From Candidatus Omnitrophota bacterium (GTDB lineage: Bacteria > Omnitrophota > Gorgyraeia > JAUYCX01 > JBMONJ01): a stretch of DNA of 38,852 nucleotides. The notes below the pieces were generated by a model, which was given only the letters and a program-made list of their open reading frames with translations, made no database searches and had not been told where the DNA came from. Shown here one piece after another: positions 8,649 to 17,796 of the stretch. How positions within the stretch are numbered: position 1 is the stretch's first letter; the number at the start of each line of letters is the position of its first letter. The translations under genes were made by a program, and so were the position numbers. The stretch covers positions 1-38,852 of the forward strand of contig JBMONJ010000173.1 in NCBI GenBank assembly GCA_049324655.1. The letters run 5' to 3'.

Positions 8649-9755
8649 ATGGATGAGCAAGAAAGTCTGATTGCCTTAAACCTGATAGAGAGCTTTCCCG
8701 CGGTTAAGCTGCGCCGGCTCTTTGACCATCTTGGTTCGGGGAAAAAGATTTTATCGGCCTTGCCGGAGGAATTGACGCGGGTGGAAGGTATAACTGCGGT
8801 CTTGGCGAGAAAGATTGGTCAGATTGAGAAATATCGAGTTGAGAAAGAATTGTCCCTGCTTAAAAAACATCACTTTAAGGTCATTACCATTAATGATAAA
8901 GATTATCCGCAGAATTTGCGCAGCTTACCGGATGCGCCATTGGTGCTTTATGTAAAAGGAAGTTTTACTCCCGAAGATGCGCAGGCCGTGGCCATTGTTG
9001 GTTCGCGCCGAGCCTCGATGTATGGAATCTCCTGCGCGCGGAAATTCAGCCGCGAATTGGCAGAATTGGGTATTACGGTGGTTTCCGGAATGGCGCGTGG
9101 AGTAGATACGGCAAGTCACGAAGGGGCATTGTCGGTTAAGGGGCGCACCATAGCTGTTTTGGGTAGTGGTCTCTTAAATATCTATCCGCCGGAAAATAAA
9201 AAGCTGGCAGAGAAGATTGCGCAAGCTGGCGCGGTGATTTCCGAGTTTCCTTTAGAGACCGCACCGTTCGCTTATAATTTTCCCCGCAGAAACCGTATCA
9301 TCAGCGGTATTTCTTTAGGGGTAGTGGTGGCGGAGGCAGCCAAGAACAGTGGAGCGTTGATCACTGCTGGATGTGCTTTGGAACAAGGCAGAGAGGTTTT
9401 TGCCGTGCCGGGAAAAGTGGACAGCACGAATTCTCAAGGAGTAAACGCGCTCATCCGGCAGGGGGCAAAACTTACTGCCAACATTGAGGATATCCTTGAA
9501 GAGCTGCGTTTACCGTTAAATGAGAATTTCAAACGGGCGCGGCAGGAGTCAAAGGCGAAGGCCGCGCCCCATCCCTCCTTAAGCGCGGCCGAGCATTCGC
9601 TGCTTCAAGGCTTAAGCGACTCGCCGGTGCATTTAAATGAGCTCTTGGAAAACAGTAGCCTGCAGCTTAACGAGGTTATGTCGCTTTTGACGCAGCTGGA
9701 ATTGCGTCGGGTCGTCAAACAGTTGCCGGGAAAGTTCTTTGTTAAAGTCAATTGA
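8649..9755 (+). CDS. dprA: DNA processing protein DprA (Smf)
   Basis: Motifs VGSRRASMYG and GMARGVDTASHEGAL, a Rossmann-like DprA core and a C-terminal winged-helix tail. I prefer the ATG at 8649 because the longer ORF start lies inside the repeat. Confidence 0.9.
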   Translation: MDEQESLIALNLIESFPAVKLRRLFDHLGSGKKILSALPEELTRVEGITAVLARKIGQIEKYRVEKELSLLKKHHFKVITINDKDYPQNLRSLPDAPLVLYVKGSFTPEDAQAVAIVGSRRASMYGISCARKFSRELAELGITVVSGMARGVDTASHEGALSVKGRTIAVLGSGLLNIYPPENKKLAEKIAQAGAVISEFPLETAPFAYNFPRRNRIISGISLGVVVAEAAKNSGALITAGCALEQGREVFAVPGKVDSTNSQGVNALIRQGAKLTANIEDILEELRLPLNENFKRARQESKAKAAPHPSLSAAEHSLLQGLSDSPVHLNELLENSSLQLNEVMSLLTQLELRRVVKQLPGKFFVKVN

Positions 9756-9768
9756 GACCACGGAAACG

Positions 9769-9967
9769 CTTGACGCCAATTACCGCTAATTTATAGCGAA
9801 TTGCCACTAATACCTAGAGCTATGGGTATTGGGGGTGAGCTGTGAGTTGTATGTCGGGGGTGAGGATGAGGGTGGGGATTGTTTTATTACCCATTCCCGC
9901 TACCCACAACCCGACTCACAACACACAACCCACCCTCATTCCCAGAATTAGCGGCCATTAGCGTTAA
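9769..9967. repeat. Family-3 box split around a family-1 element
   Basis: cttgacgccaattaccgctaat (9769..9790) and attagcggccattagcgttaa (9947..9967) match the two halves of the contiguous box at 7944..7988. Here they are about 155 nt apart, with the family-1 copy between them. Confidence 0.55.
9826..9943. repeat. Family-1 G/T-word foldback element, copy 3 (118 nt)
   Basis: Starts gtattgggggtgagc and ends ccaccctcattccc, with the same termini and length as copy 1. Confidence 0.8.
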
Positions 9968-9989
9968 AATTTTATTTACCTGTAAATCA

Positions 9990-11981
9990 ATGAAAAAACA
10001 AACCGCACAAAAATCTCTGGTCATTGTCGAGTCGCCGGCCAAGGCCAAGACTATTAATAGGATCCTCGGCGATAAATTCAGCGTGGAATCTTCCATGGGC
10101 CATATCGTAGATTTGCCCGCCTCCACCTTGGGTGTGGATATTAAAAATAATTTCGCCCCTACCTACGCCGTCATTGCCAACAAACAGAAAGTTCTGACTG
10201 CCCTGAAAAAAGCGGCCAAGGACAAGAAAGAAATTTACCTCGCCACCGACCCTGACCGCGAAGGCGAGGCTATTGGCTGGCATCTGTTAGAAAGGCTGGA
10301 TACCAAGGCCAAGTTTTCGCGCGTGGTCTTTCATGAAATTACTCCCGAAGCCATAAAAGAGGCTTTTAAGAACGCGCGCAATGTTAACTTAAATCTGGTC
10401 AATGCCCAAGTTGCCCGTCGGGTGCTTGACCGTATTGTGGGTTATCAGTTAAGCCCCCTATTATGGAAGAAAGTAGGTTCACGCTTAAGTGCCGGCAGAG
10501 TCCAGTCGGTTGCCTTAAGGCTGATCGTAGAAAGAGAAGAAGAGGTTCGCGCCTTTATTCCGCAGGAATATTGGGAAATTCATGCCGAGTTAAAGAAGCA
10601 AGATACTCCGGATACCTTTACTGCTGAATTGCAGAAATTAGAAGGCAAAAAGCCGCAGCTTTCCAATGCGGAACAGACACAGAAGCTCGTAGCAGAGATA
10701 AAGGGGCAGGAGTTTGTCGTCGGCGATATCCGGCAGAAGACAGTAAAACGCAACGCCCCGCCGCCATTTATCACCAGCTCCCTACAACAGGCAGCCTTCA
10801 ATAAATTGGGATTTACCGCGACAAGGACGATGTTGGTTGCCCAGCAGCTTTATGAGGGGATTGAATTAGGTTCCGAGGGCGCGGTAGGAGTCATCACCTA
10901 TATGCGAACCGATTCCTTTAATGTCGCCGCCGCAGCTATTGACGAGGTGCGCCGGTATATCGGCAAGAATTTCGGAAAGGAATATCTGCCTCCCAAGCCC
11001 AACTATTTTCGCTCCAGAAAATCCGCCCAGCAGGCGCACGAGGCCATTCGTCCCACTAAGGCATCGCGCTCTCCAGAGAAGATAAAAGGTTTTTTAATCG
11101 AGGAGCAGTTTAAATTATACGAGCTTATCTGGCAGCGGTTTGTGGCCAGCCAGATGTCTCCTGCTGTCTATGCGGTCACCATGGTAGATATTAAGGCCGG
11201 CCGCGCGCAATTCGCTGCCTCAGGAAGCAAACTGGTTTTTCCTGGCTTTACCGTGTTAAAGTCAGTAAATGATGTTGAGACGGAAAAGCTGCTTCCCCCG
11301 CTTTCCGTCGGCGAAAAGCTTGAATTGCTCAAGCTATTGCCCAGTCAGCATTTTACCAAGCCGCCAGCGCGTTATTCCGACGGCAGCTTAGTCAAGGTCC
11401 TTGAAGAAAAAGGCATTGGCCGGCCCAGTACCTATGCCCCGATTATCCAGACCTTGGTGTATCGCAATTATATCCTGCGTGAGCGGGGGTATTTTATCCC
11501 GACAGAATTGGGCTTTATCATTTGCGATTTGTTGCTCAAATTCTTTTCCAATATCATCGAAGTCGCCTTCACCGCCAAGATGGAAGAGGAATTGGATATG
11601 GTGGAGGAAGGAAAATTGGAGTGGCATCGTCTGTTAAATGATTTTTATCTTCCTTTTAAAAAGGACTTAGACTTTGCGCAGGAGAATATGCAGAAGACGC
11701 AGGTCTTTTCCGACCGGAAATGTCCGAAGTGCGGCAAACAGATGATGGTCAAGTGGGGACGCCACGGAAGATTTTTGAGTTGCTCGGGATTTCCTGACTG
11801 CCGTTTTGCCGAGGCCTTTACTACTTCGGTAAAGTGTCCGGAGGAAGATTGCGGCGGAGAATTAGTGGAGCACCGCTCGCGCAAGGGAGGGCTCTTTTAC
11901 GGTTGCAGCAATTATCCCAAATGCCGCTTTATGACCCGCCGTCTGCCGGTTCCCAAGGAAGAGGCAGCGGCCAGCGATTAG
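9990..11981 (+). CDS. topA: DNA topoisomerase I
   Basis: TOPRIM start LVIVESPAKAKTI, DPDREGE, active-site region YMRTDS, and C-terminal zinc-ribbon repeats (CPKCG..., CPEEDCGG...). The longer ORF start lies inside the repeat. Confidence 0.93.
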   Translation: MKKQTAQKSLVIVESPAKAKTINRILGDKFSVESSMGHIVDLPASTLGVDIKNNFAPTYAVIANKQKVLTALKKAAKDKKEIYLATDPDREGEAIGWHLLERLDTKAKFSRVVFHEITPEAIKEAFKNARNVNLNLVNAQVARRVLDRIVGYQLSPLLWKKVGSRLSAGRVQSVALRLIVEREEEVRAFIPQEYWEIHAELKKQDTPDTFTAELQKLEGKKPQLSNAEQTQKLVAEIKGQEFVVGDIRQKTVKRNAPPPFITSSLQQAAFNKLGFTATRTMLVAQQLYEGIELGSEGAVGVITYMRTDSFNVAAAAIDEVRRYIGKNFGKEYLPPKPNYFRSRKSAQQAHEAIRPTKASRSPEKIKGFLIEEQFKLYELIWQRFVASQMSPAVYAVTMVDIKAGRAQFAASGSKLVFPGFTVLKSVNDVETEKLLPPLSVGEKLELLKLLPSQHFTKPPARYSDGSLVKVLEEKGIGRPSTYAPIIQTLVYRNYILRERGYFIPTELGFIICDLLLKFFSNIIEVAFTAKMEEELDMVEEGKLEWHRLLNDFYLPFKKDLDFAQENMQKTQVFSDRKCPKCGKQMMVKWGRHGRFLSCSGFPDCRFAEAFTTSVKCPEEDCGGELVEHRSRKGGLFYGCSNYPKCRFMTRRLPVPKEEAAASD

Positions 11982-11995
11982 CGTTTAGCGGCGAG

Positions 11996-12065
11996 GAATT
12001 CGGGGGAATTCGGGGTGGAATTCGGGGGACACAACACTTAATTGCGAATTAAGTTATGTGTCCCC
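11996..12065. repeat. Tandem gaattcgggg words followed by a 19 bp-arm hairpin
   Basis: GAATTC occurs at 11996, 12006 and 12018 inside three gaattcgggg(g/t) units. The hairpin ggggacacaacacttaatt / aattaagttatgtgtcccc spans 12025..12065 with 2 mismatches, followed by an A-run. Confidence 0.7.
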
Positions 12066-12076
12066 AGAAAAAAAAC

Positions 12077-12946
12077 ATGCAGCGATACATCGACAAATTT
12101 ATTTCCTACTTAGAGATCGAGAAGAACTCTTCGCCGCATACTGTCCTAAATTACCGTATTGATTTAAGAGAGCTGGCGGCTTTTTTGGAAGAGAAAAAGC
12201 TGGCTATTGAGAAGGTCGGTTATCTTCATTTGAGGCAATTCTTAGCCAGGCTGCGGGAAAAAAATCCCCGGCCGCGCACCTTGGCCAGAAAACTTTCGGC
12301 AATCCGCAGCTTCTTTAAATTCCTCTGCCGCGAAAGTTATCTTAAAGATAATCCCGCGGGTCTGCTGTCTAGTCCTAAGTTAGACAAGCGCCTGCCGAAA
12401 TTCTTAAGCGAAGAGGAAGTAGTTAAATTAGTCGAGGCGCCTAGATCTTGCGAGGAAAACGGCCTGCGCGACCGGGCGATTCTTGAGACGCTCTATTCTA
12501 CGGGAATGCGTTTAAGCGAGTTGGTGGGCCTGGAAATTAAGGATATTGATTTTTTCAGCAATATGATTAAAGTTAAGGGCAAGGGAAAAAAGGAAAGACT
12601 CCTGCCAATTGGCGAGCAGGCCTTGCGGGCCCTCAAGCAATATCTTGATGAGCGGCTGTCGGGCTCCGGCGCAGTTTTTATAAGCAAAAGAAACTCTGCT
12701 TTAAGCGGACGGCAGGTCAGGAATATCCTTAATAAATATATCCGCCTGACCAGCCAGAGGGAAAATGTTTCTCCGCATGCCCTCAGGCATTCTTTCGCCA
12801 CCCACCTTCTAAACCGGGGCGCGGATTTGCGCTCAGTGCAGGAGCTCTTGGGTCATGCCAATCTTTCCACCACCCAGATATACACGCATCTCACCACTGA
12901 CCGCTTAAAGGCGGTGTATGAAAAGGCGCATCCCCATGCGCGATGA
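12077..12946 (+). CDS. xerC: Tyrosine recombinase XerC/XerD family
   Basis: N-terminal SAM-like domain and C-terminal catalytic HALRHSFATHLL..GADLRSVQELLGHANLSTTQIYTH. The alternative ATG at 12056 lies inside the hairpin. I cannot separate XerC from XerD by eye. Confidence 0.88.
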   Translation: MQRYIDKFISYLEIEKNSSPHTVLNYRIDLRELAAFLEEKKLAIEKVGYLHLRQFLARLREKNPRPRTLARKLSAIRSFFKFLCRESYLKDNPAGLLSSPKLDKRLPKFLSEEEVVKLVEAPRSCEENGLRDRAILETLYSTGMRLSELVGLEIKDIDFFSNMIKVKGKGKKERLLPIGEQALRALKQYLDERLSGSGAVFISKRNSALSGRQVRNILNKYIRLTSQRENVSPHALRHSFATHLLNRGADLRSVQELLGHANLSTTQIYTHLTTDRLKAVYEKAHPHAR

Positions 12947-12952
12947 GATTAT

Positions 12953-13073
12953 AATGTCAAATGAACAATGTCAAATAAATTCCCCTGCCTGCGGCAGGCA
13001 ATTTCCAATTCCCAATATTTGAAGTGGACCCCTGGGATTGGACATTTATTTGGCATTTGAAATTTGACATTGG
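12953..13073. repeat. Family-2 tgtcaaat/ccaat-word foldback
   Basis: 5' arm aatgtcaaatgaacaatgtcaaataaattccc and 3' arm gggattggacatttatttggcatttgaaatttgacattgg, with an inner hairpin ctgcctgcggcagg. Confidence 0.7.
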
Positions 13074-13084
13074 TGATTCTAAAG

Positions 13085-14374
13085 ATGGCTTGGCTGTATA
13101 ACTTAGCATTCATAATCTTCTTAATCTTCTCCCTCCCCGTTTATCTTCTGCGCGGGAAATTTCATCGAGGGCTTCTGATGCGGCTGGGAATTTTTCCCAA
13201 AGGTTTCTTTGCAGGGCTACAAAAATCCCGGCCGGTGTGGTTGCATGCGGTAAGCGTAGGCGAGGTAAACGCCATTGCCGGTCTGGTGAAAAAACTCCAG
13301 CAAGAATTTTCCGAAATAAGGCTGGTTATTTCCACGGTCACGCCAACCGGAAATCGGCTGGCAAAATCCTTGGCCCGGGACTGCGACTTGATCATCTATC
13401 TGCCGCTGGATTTAAGCTTTATTACTGAGCGGATAGTAAAAATGGTGAACCCGCAGCTTTTTATTACCACCGAGACCGAGCTCTGGCCCAATCTTTTGAC
13501 CAGTTTAAAAAAACAATTTATCCCTCTTGCTCTGGTAAACGGCAGAATCTCTCCTCGTTCCTTTGCCGGTTATCGCCTTTTCCGTTTTCTCCTTAAAGAT
13601 ATCCTCGGCGGATTTAGTCTTTTCTGCATGCAAAGCGAATTAGACCGCCGTCGGATAATTACTTTAGGCGCTAAGGCGGATAAGGTCAGGGTCTTGGGCA
13701 ATATGAAATTTGATATAGATTTGGCCGCGACCAACGGCAATAGAAACGGTCGCGGCCCCTTCGAGAATTTGGCGTCGCTTTTAGGCGGGAATGGTCAGCT
13801 GATAATCTGCGGCAGCACCCACTCGGGAGAAGAAGAAATAATCTTAAGAATTTATAAAGACCTCTTGCTGCAGTTTGATTACTTGCGTTTACTTATTGCT
13901 CCCCGACATATTGAGAGAGTGGAACAGGTGGAGAAGCTGGTTGCCGAAGCCGGGTTATCTGTGCTAAAGGTTTCCGAGCTGGCAAGCCGCGATTTACTGG
14001 AGAAAAATTGCGTTTTGATCTTGGATACCGTTGGAGAGTTAAAGCGGCTGTATGACTTGGCCACTATTGTCTTTATCGGCGGCAGCCTAGTCAGGAGGGG
14101 TGGGCACAATATTATCGAACCGGCCTTTTTCAGCAAGGCGATTATCGTTGGGCCGCATATGTTTAATTTTGCGGATATCACCCGGACCTTCCTTGAGAAT
14201 CAAGCGGCGATTCAGGTTCACGACGAACTGGAGCTTTTAGAGGAGATAAAGCTTTTGTTGCTTAGCCCGGCCAAGCGGGACAGGCTGGGGCAAAGGGCTA
14301 AGGAGACTATAGGGCACAATCGTGGGGCGACCGGGGCCACCTTCGACTTGTTAAGACACATAATCGCCAAATAA
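13085..14374 (+). CDS. waaA: 3-deoxy-D-manno-octulosonic acid (Kdo) transferase WaaA/KdtA
   Basis: N-terminal membrane anchor, WLHAVSVGEVNA motif and GT30 C-terminal domain (GGSLV..GGHNIIEP). I prefer the ATG at 13085 over the TTG at 13064. Confidence 0.9.
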   Translation: MAWLYNLAFIIFLIFSLPVYLLRGKFHRGLLMRLGIFPKGFFAGLQKSRPVWLHAVSVGEVNAIAGLVKKLQQEFSEIRLVISTVTPTGNRLAKSLARDCDLIIYLPLDLSFITERIVKMVNPQLFITTETELWPNLLTSLKKQFIPLALVNGRISPRSFAGYRLFRFLLKDILGGFSLFCMQSELDRRRIITLGAKADKVRVLGNMKFDIDLAATNGNRNGRGPFENLASLLGGNGQLIICGSTHSGEEEIILRIYKDLLLQFDYLRLLIAPRHIERVEQVEKLVAEAGLSVLKVSELASRDLLEKNCVLILDTVGELKRLYDLATIVFIGGSLVRRGGHNIIEPAFFSKAIIVGPHMFNFADITRTFLENQAAIQVHDELELLEEIKLLLLSPAKRDRLGQRAKETIGHNRGATGATFDLLRHIIAK

Positions 14375-14500
14375 CCGGGCTGTATAAAGTTTCCCGTCGG
14401 TTGTCGTCTAAAAAGGTTACGGCCTCGGTAAAGTATCGGTTACGTATAAAAAGTCTTGGGTGTATGTAAGGCTATCAAAGGCCCGCTTCGCGGAGCGAAG

Positions 14501-14772
14501 CGAGGCGAGCATATATGGCATATAAGGCTAACAAGGCAACCGGGGTAAAGGGTTATTAGGTCAATATGGCGTTAATGTCAAATGCCAAATTTCCAATGCC
14601 AAATCAATGTCAAATTCGCCAATTCCAAATTGGACATTGGATATTGGGAATTTATTAGTCATTTGACATTGGGCATTGAACTTTATGGGCATTGGTCATT
14701 AATCGCCTAATAGCCTTTCTGCCTTTCATAGCCTCGAAAAATAATTCTTCACGATAGACGACTGGCGAAACC
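14501..14772. repeat. Long foldback element IR-A (family-2 core); inverted partner at 22179..22402
   Basis: Hand alignment to the reverse complement of 22179..22402 gives 224 aligned nt with 2 substitutions, plus a 48 nt insertion (14641..14688) that partly duplicates the adjacent gacattgggcatt sequence. It lies in a 465 nt ORF-free spacer. Confidence 0.85.
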
Positions 14773-14840
14773 TTATAGACGATACGTAGCCGCAACCAAA
14801 CCTTTTATAACGGAGACCAATATTTACATTTGAATCGCTT

Positions 14841-15911
14841 ATGAAAGAATATTTATATCGTCTGGCGACTGATGAGGCAAAAGGTTGGTTGACACTCCTG
14901 CCCAAGGCGGTCTTGTTTATTCTGTCGCTTCTTTATGCCGCAGCGCTTAAAATATCTGCCGCCCTATATAGGTTAAAATTGCTGAAACAATACAAATTAA
15001 ATGCCAAGGTCATCAGCGTCGGTAATATCACTTGGGGCGGCACGGGTAAGACGCCGCTGGTTGTCTTTTTAGCGCAAACTCTTTCTAAAGACCATAAGCC
15101 CGCAGTGCTTATCCGCGGCTACGGCAGCGACTTAAGTCGAACTTCGGTTTGGGCGAAGTTCGGGGACGAGGCCTTTATGCTTTCTGAAACCGTTAATGTT
15201 CCGGTCTTGGCCAGAGAGGACCGGCTGATTTCGGCAAGACAGGCAATAAACGATTTTTCCTGCGATACCTTAATCCTCGATGATGGTTTTCAGCAATGGC
15301 GTATCGGAAAGGATTTAGAGATAGTAGTCATTGATGCCGCCGCTCCTTTTGGTAACGGCCGGCTTATCCCCCGAGGAATTTTGCGCGAGCCGCTTTCGGT
15401 TTTAAAGCGTGCCGAAATATTTTTCTTAACCCGCACGGATTTGGCCAGCAATTTGCCGCAATTACGAGAGCGGCTTGCCGCGCTTAATCCTGAAGCCTTG
15501 ATAGTGGAAAGCGTGCATCAGCCGGTTGGCTTTTATGATTTAAAGAAAAAAGACTATCGGATTGACGAGTTGGAATTAGCTTCGCTAAAGAATGTGGCGA
15601 TATTGTGTGCTATTGGAAACCCCCGGGCTTTTGAAAAGACTGTTTCTGCTCTGGGAATAAATGTGAAACTTAGGTTCTTTTTTTTGGACCATCACTGCTA
15701 TTCAACATCCGAGATGGATAATATAATCGAAACTTGCAGGAAGGAAGATATCCCCGTCGTCATTACTACACAAAAAGACGCGGTAAAGCTGCGGGATTAT
15801 GTCTTATCCACCGATTGTGGGGTCAGGGTTCTGGTTTTGAAGACCGAGATTTTTATAACCAAGGCGAGGAATGAATTTCTTAGTCGATTATCTGGGTTAT
15901 ATACTGCTTAG
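14841..15911 (+). CDS. lpxK: Tetraacyldisaccharide 4'-kinase LpxK
   Basis: N-terminal membrane helix, P-loop GNITWGGTGKTP and LDDGFQ motif. Confidence 0.9.
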   Translation: MKEYLYRLATDEAKGWLTLLPKAVLFILSLLYAAALKISAALYRLKLLKQYKLNAKVISVGNITWGGTGKTPLVVFLAQTLSKDHKPAVLIRGYGSDLSRTSVWAKFGDEAFMLSETVNVPVLAREDRLISARQAINDFSCDTLILDDGFQQWRIGKDLEIVVIDAAAPFGNGRLIPRGILREPLSVLKRAEIFFLTRTDLASNLPQLRERLAALNPEALIVESVHQPVGFYDLKKKDYRIDELELASLKNVAILCAIGNPRAFEKTVSALGINVKLRFFFLDHHCYSTSEMDNIIETCRKEDIPVVITTQKDAVKLRDYVLSTDCGVRVLVLKTEIFITKARNEFLSRLSGLYTA

Positions 15912-17796
15912 GGCGATAACCGTTTTCTTTGTCCATATACCGGCACAGTTGGCTTTGTATATCGGCAGGGTAATCGGGGTCGTGGGTTATCACCTTGATC
16001 GTCATCATCGCAACATCGCCTACCACAATCTCAAAATGGCCTTTGGCCAAGAGAAGCCGCCGGCAGAGCTTAAAAGGATAACCCGGCGGCTTTACCAGAA
16101 TTTCAGCCAGAACATCGTCGAGCTTTTGCGTCTTCCGGCAGTGGACGCGGCGTATCTTAAGCGTTATATTTCGATAGAGGGCGAGGAATATCTTAAAGGC
16201 GCGATTGGGCAAAAGAAGGGGTTTATCTTTCTGGCCGTGCATTTCGGCAGCTGGGAGGTTTCGAATGTCTTGGGCGCGATGTTCGGATACACCTACAAGG
16301 TCATTGCCAAAGAGCAGAAAAGGTTTAAGCGTTTAAGCGCGCTTTTGACTTCTTATCGTCAGATTACCGGCGCCAATGTGGTAAACAAAGGCTGGGGCAC
16401 GCGGGATATTATCGAGGGTTTGCAAAATAATGAGGTCGTGGGTATGGTCGCGGATCAGGGCGGCAAAAGCGGGGTCTTTATCAATTTCTTCGGCCGGCCC
16501 GCGTCAATGTCTGCTGGGGCAATTCGCATTGCCCTGAAACTTGGGGTCACCGTGCTGCCGGTTTTTTTGATAAGGATAAAAGGCCCGCATCATCTTTTAA
16601 AGGTGATGCCGCCGCTGGATTTAAATGCCGCCGCTGATTTCGAGGAAAAGGTCAGAATAAATCTGGCTAAGGCCATTGGCTATGCCGAGGAGGTTGTCCG
16701 CCAATATCCCGATCAATACGCGTGGTTCTACAAGGTCTGGAAGTATTCCCGCCAACGCGAGATTTTAATACTAAGCGACGGGAAGGCCGGCCATCTTCGA
16801 CAGTCTGAGGCGGTGGCCGGGGTTTTGGAAGAACAGCTTAAGAGGAAAGGGCTTGTCCCCGCGACGCGGACGATTGAGATAAGGTTTAAAAGTCGCTTTG
16901 CCTGCCGGGCAGCTATGGCCTCCAGTTTTTTCTCCAACCGTGGGCTGTGCCAGGGTTGCCAGAAGTGCCTGAAGTATTTTCTCGCCGAGAAGACCCATCA
17001 AGAGCTTTCCGGGGCAAACGCAGATTTTATTATCTCCTGCGGCTCGGCCTTGGCCGGAATAAATCTTATTGTAGCGGCGGAGAATCAGGCCAAGAGTATC
17101 GCGGTATTGAAGCCGGTGATTTTGGGAGTAAAAAGATTTTCGCTGGTGATAATGCCTAAACATGATCTGCCGCCGGCAGAGAAGAATGTCTTTATCACCT
17201 TGGGTGCGGTCAATGGGTTTGCTGCCGGTCCTAAACAATTTCCGCAATGGGATTCCGGGCGTAGTAAGATCGGGATTTTAATCGGCGGAGATACCAAGAA
17301 TTCAAGACTGGATAAAGGAACTCTGGCCTCGGCCCTTGATTTAATAAAGGCGCAGGCCGAGGCCAGAGATTTGGATATCCTTGTCACTACTTCCCGACGC
17401 ACCCCGCGGCAAATCGAGGAGCTAATAAAAGAAAAATTATCGGATTTCGCGCGCTGCAAGCTTTTGGTAGTTGCCAATGAGAAAAATATTCCCGATGCCG
17501 TTGCTGGGATTTTATCCTTAAGCCATATCCTCGTGGTCACTGATGACAGTATTTCGATGGTCTCCGAAGCGGCCTCTTCCGGACAGAGCGTCTTGGTGCT
17601 GCGCGAAAAATCAGCAAATCTCACCTACTCCCGGCGCGACCGCTTCTTAAGGGAATTATCCGAAAAGAACCATATCCTGCTTAGCGACCTTACCGGGTTG
17701 TCGCAAAATCTTGAAGCGCTTTTTTCCGGCAGACTTAAAACCAAGCTGCTTAACGACCGCGAGGTGCTGGTTAAAGCGGTTAATTCAATCATATGA
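15871..17796 (+). CDS. lpxL: Fusion of a lipid A late acyltransferase (LpxL/HtrB family) and an ELM1/DUF1022-like domain
   Basis: Residues ~1-290 carry the LPLAT fold with HFGSWEV (HX4E) and MVADQGG. Residues ~295-641 begin ILILSDGKAGHLRQSEAV, which resembles the start of the ELM1/DUF1022 family (from memory). Confidence 0.7.
   Translation: MNFLVDYLGYILLRAITVFFVHIPAQLALYIGRVIGVVGYHLDRHHRNIAYHNLKMAFGQEKPPAELKRITRRLYQNFSQNIVELLRLPAVDAAYLKRYISIEGEEYLKGAIGQKKGFIFLAVHFGSWEVSNVLGAMFGYTYKVIAKEQKRFKRLSALLTSYRQITGANVVNKGWGTRDIIEGLQNNEVVGMVADQGGKSGVFINFFGRPASMSAGAIRIALKLGVTVLPVFLIRIKGPHHLLKVMPPLDLNAAADFEEKVRINLAKAIGYAEEVVRQYPDQYAWFYKVWKYSRQREILILSDGKAGHLRQSEAVAGVLEEQLKRKGLVPATRTIEIRFKSRFACRAAMASSFFSNRGLCQGCQKCLKYFLAEKTHQELSGANADFIISCGSALAGINLIVAAENQAKSIAVLKPVILGVKRFSLVIMPKHDLPPAEKNVFITLGAVNGFAAGPKQFPQWDSGRSKIGILIGGDTKNSRLDKGTLASALDLIKAQAEARDLDILVTTSRRTPRQIEELIKEKLSDFARCKLLVVANEKNIPDAVAGILSLSHILVVTDDSISMVSEAASSGQSVLVLREKSANLTYSRRDRFLRELSEKNHILLSDLTGLSQNLEALFSGRLKTKLLNDREVLVKAVNSII

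Noticed and set aside
11996-12023. Three EcoRI sites (GAATTC) within 28 nt as a restriction-related signal
   Set aside because: They arise simply because the tandem word is gaattcgggg. Nothing links them to the methyltransferase/nuclease pair 24 kb away, whose specificity is unknown.
12077-12946. Tyrosine recombinase as a marker of an integrated island or prophage
   Set aside because: Its length, two-domain layout and C-terminal LGHANLSTTQIYTH motif fit chromosomal XerC/XerD. There is no adjacent tRNA, att-like direct repeat or phage gene.
14375-14840. Known structured RNA (RNase P, tmRNA, SRP, 6S) hidden in the 465 nt ORF-free spacer
   Set aside because: I could not find any of the conserved signature strings of these RNAs by eye. 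The region is explained by the long palindromic repeat. A covariance-model scan (Infernal/Rfam) would be needed to exclude a novel ncRNA.
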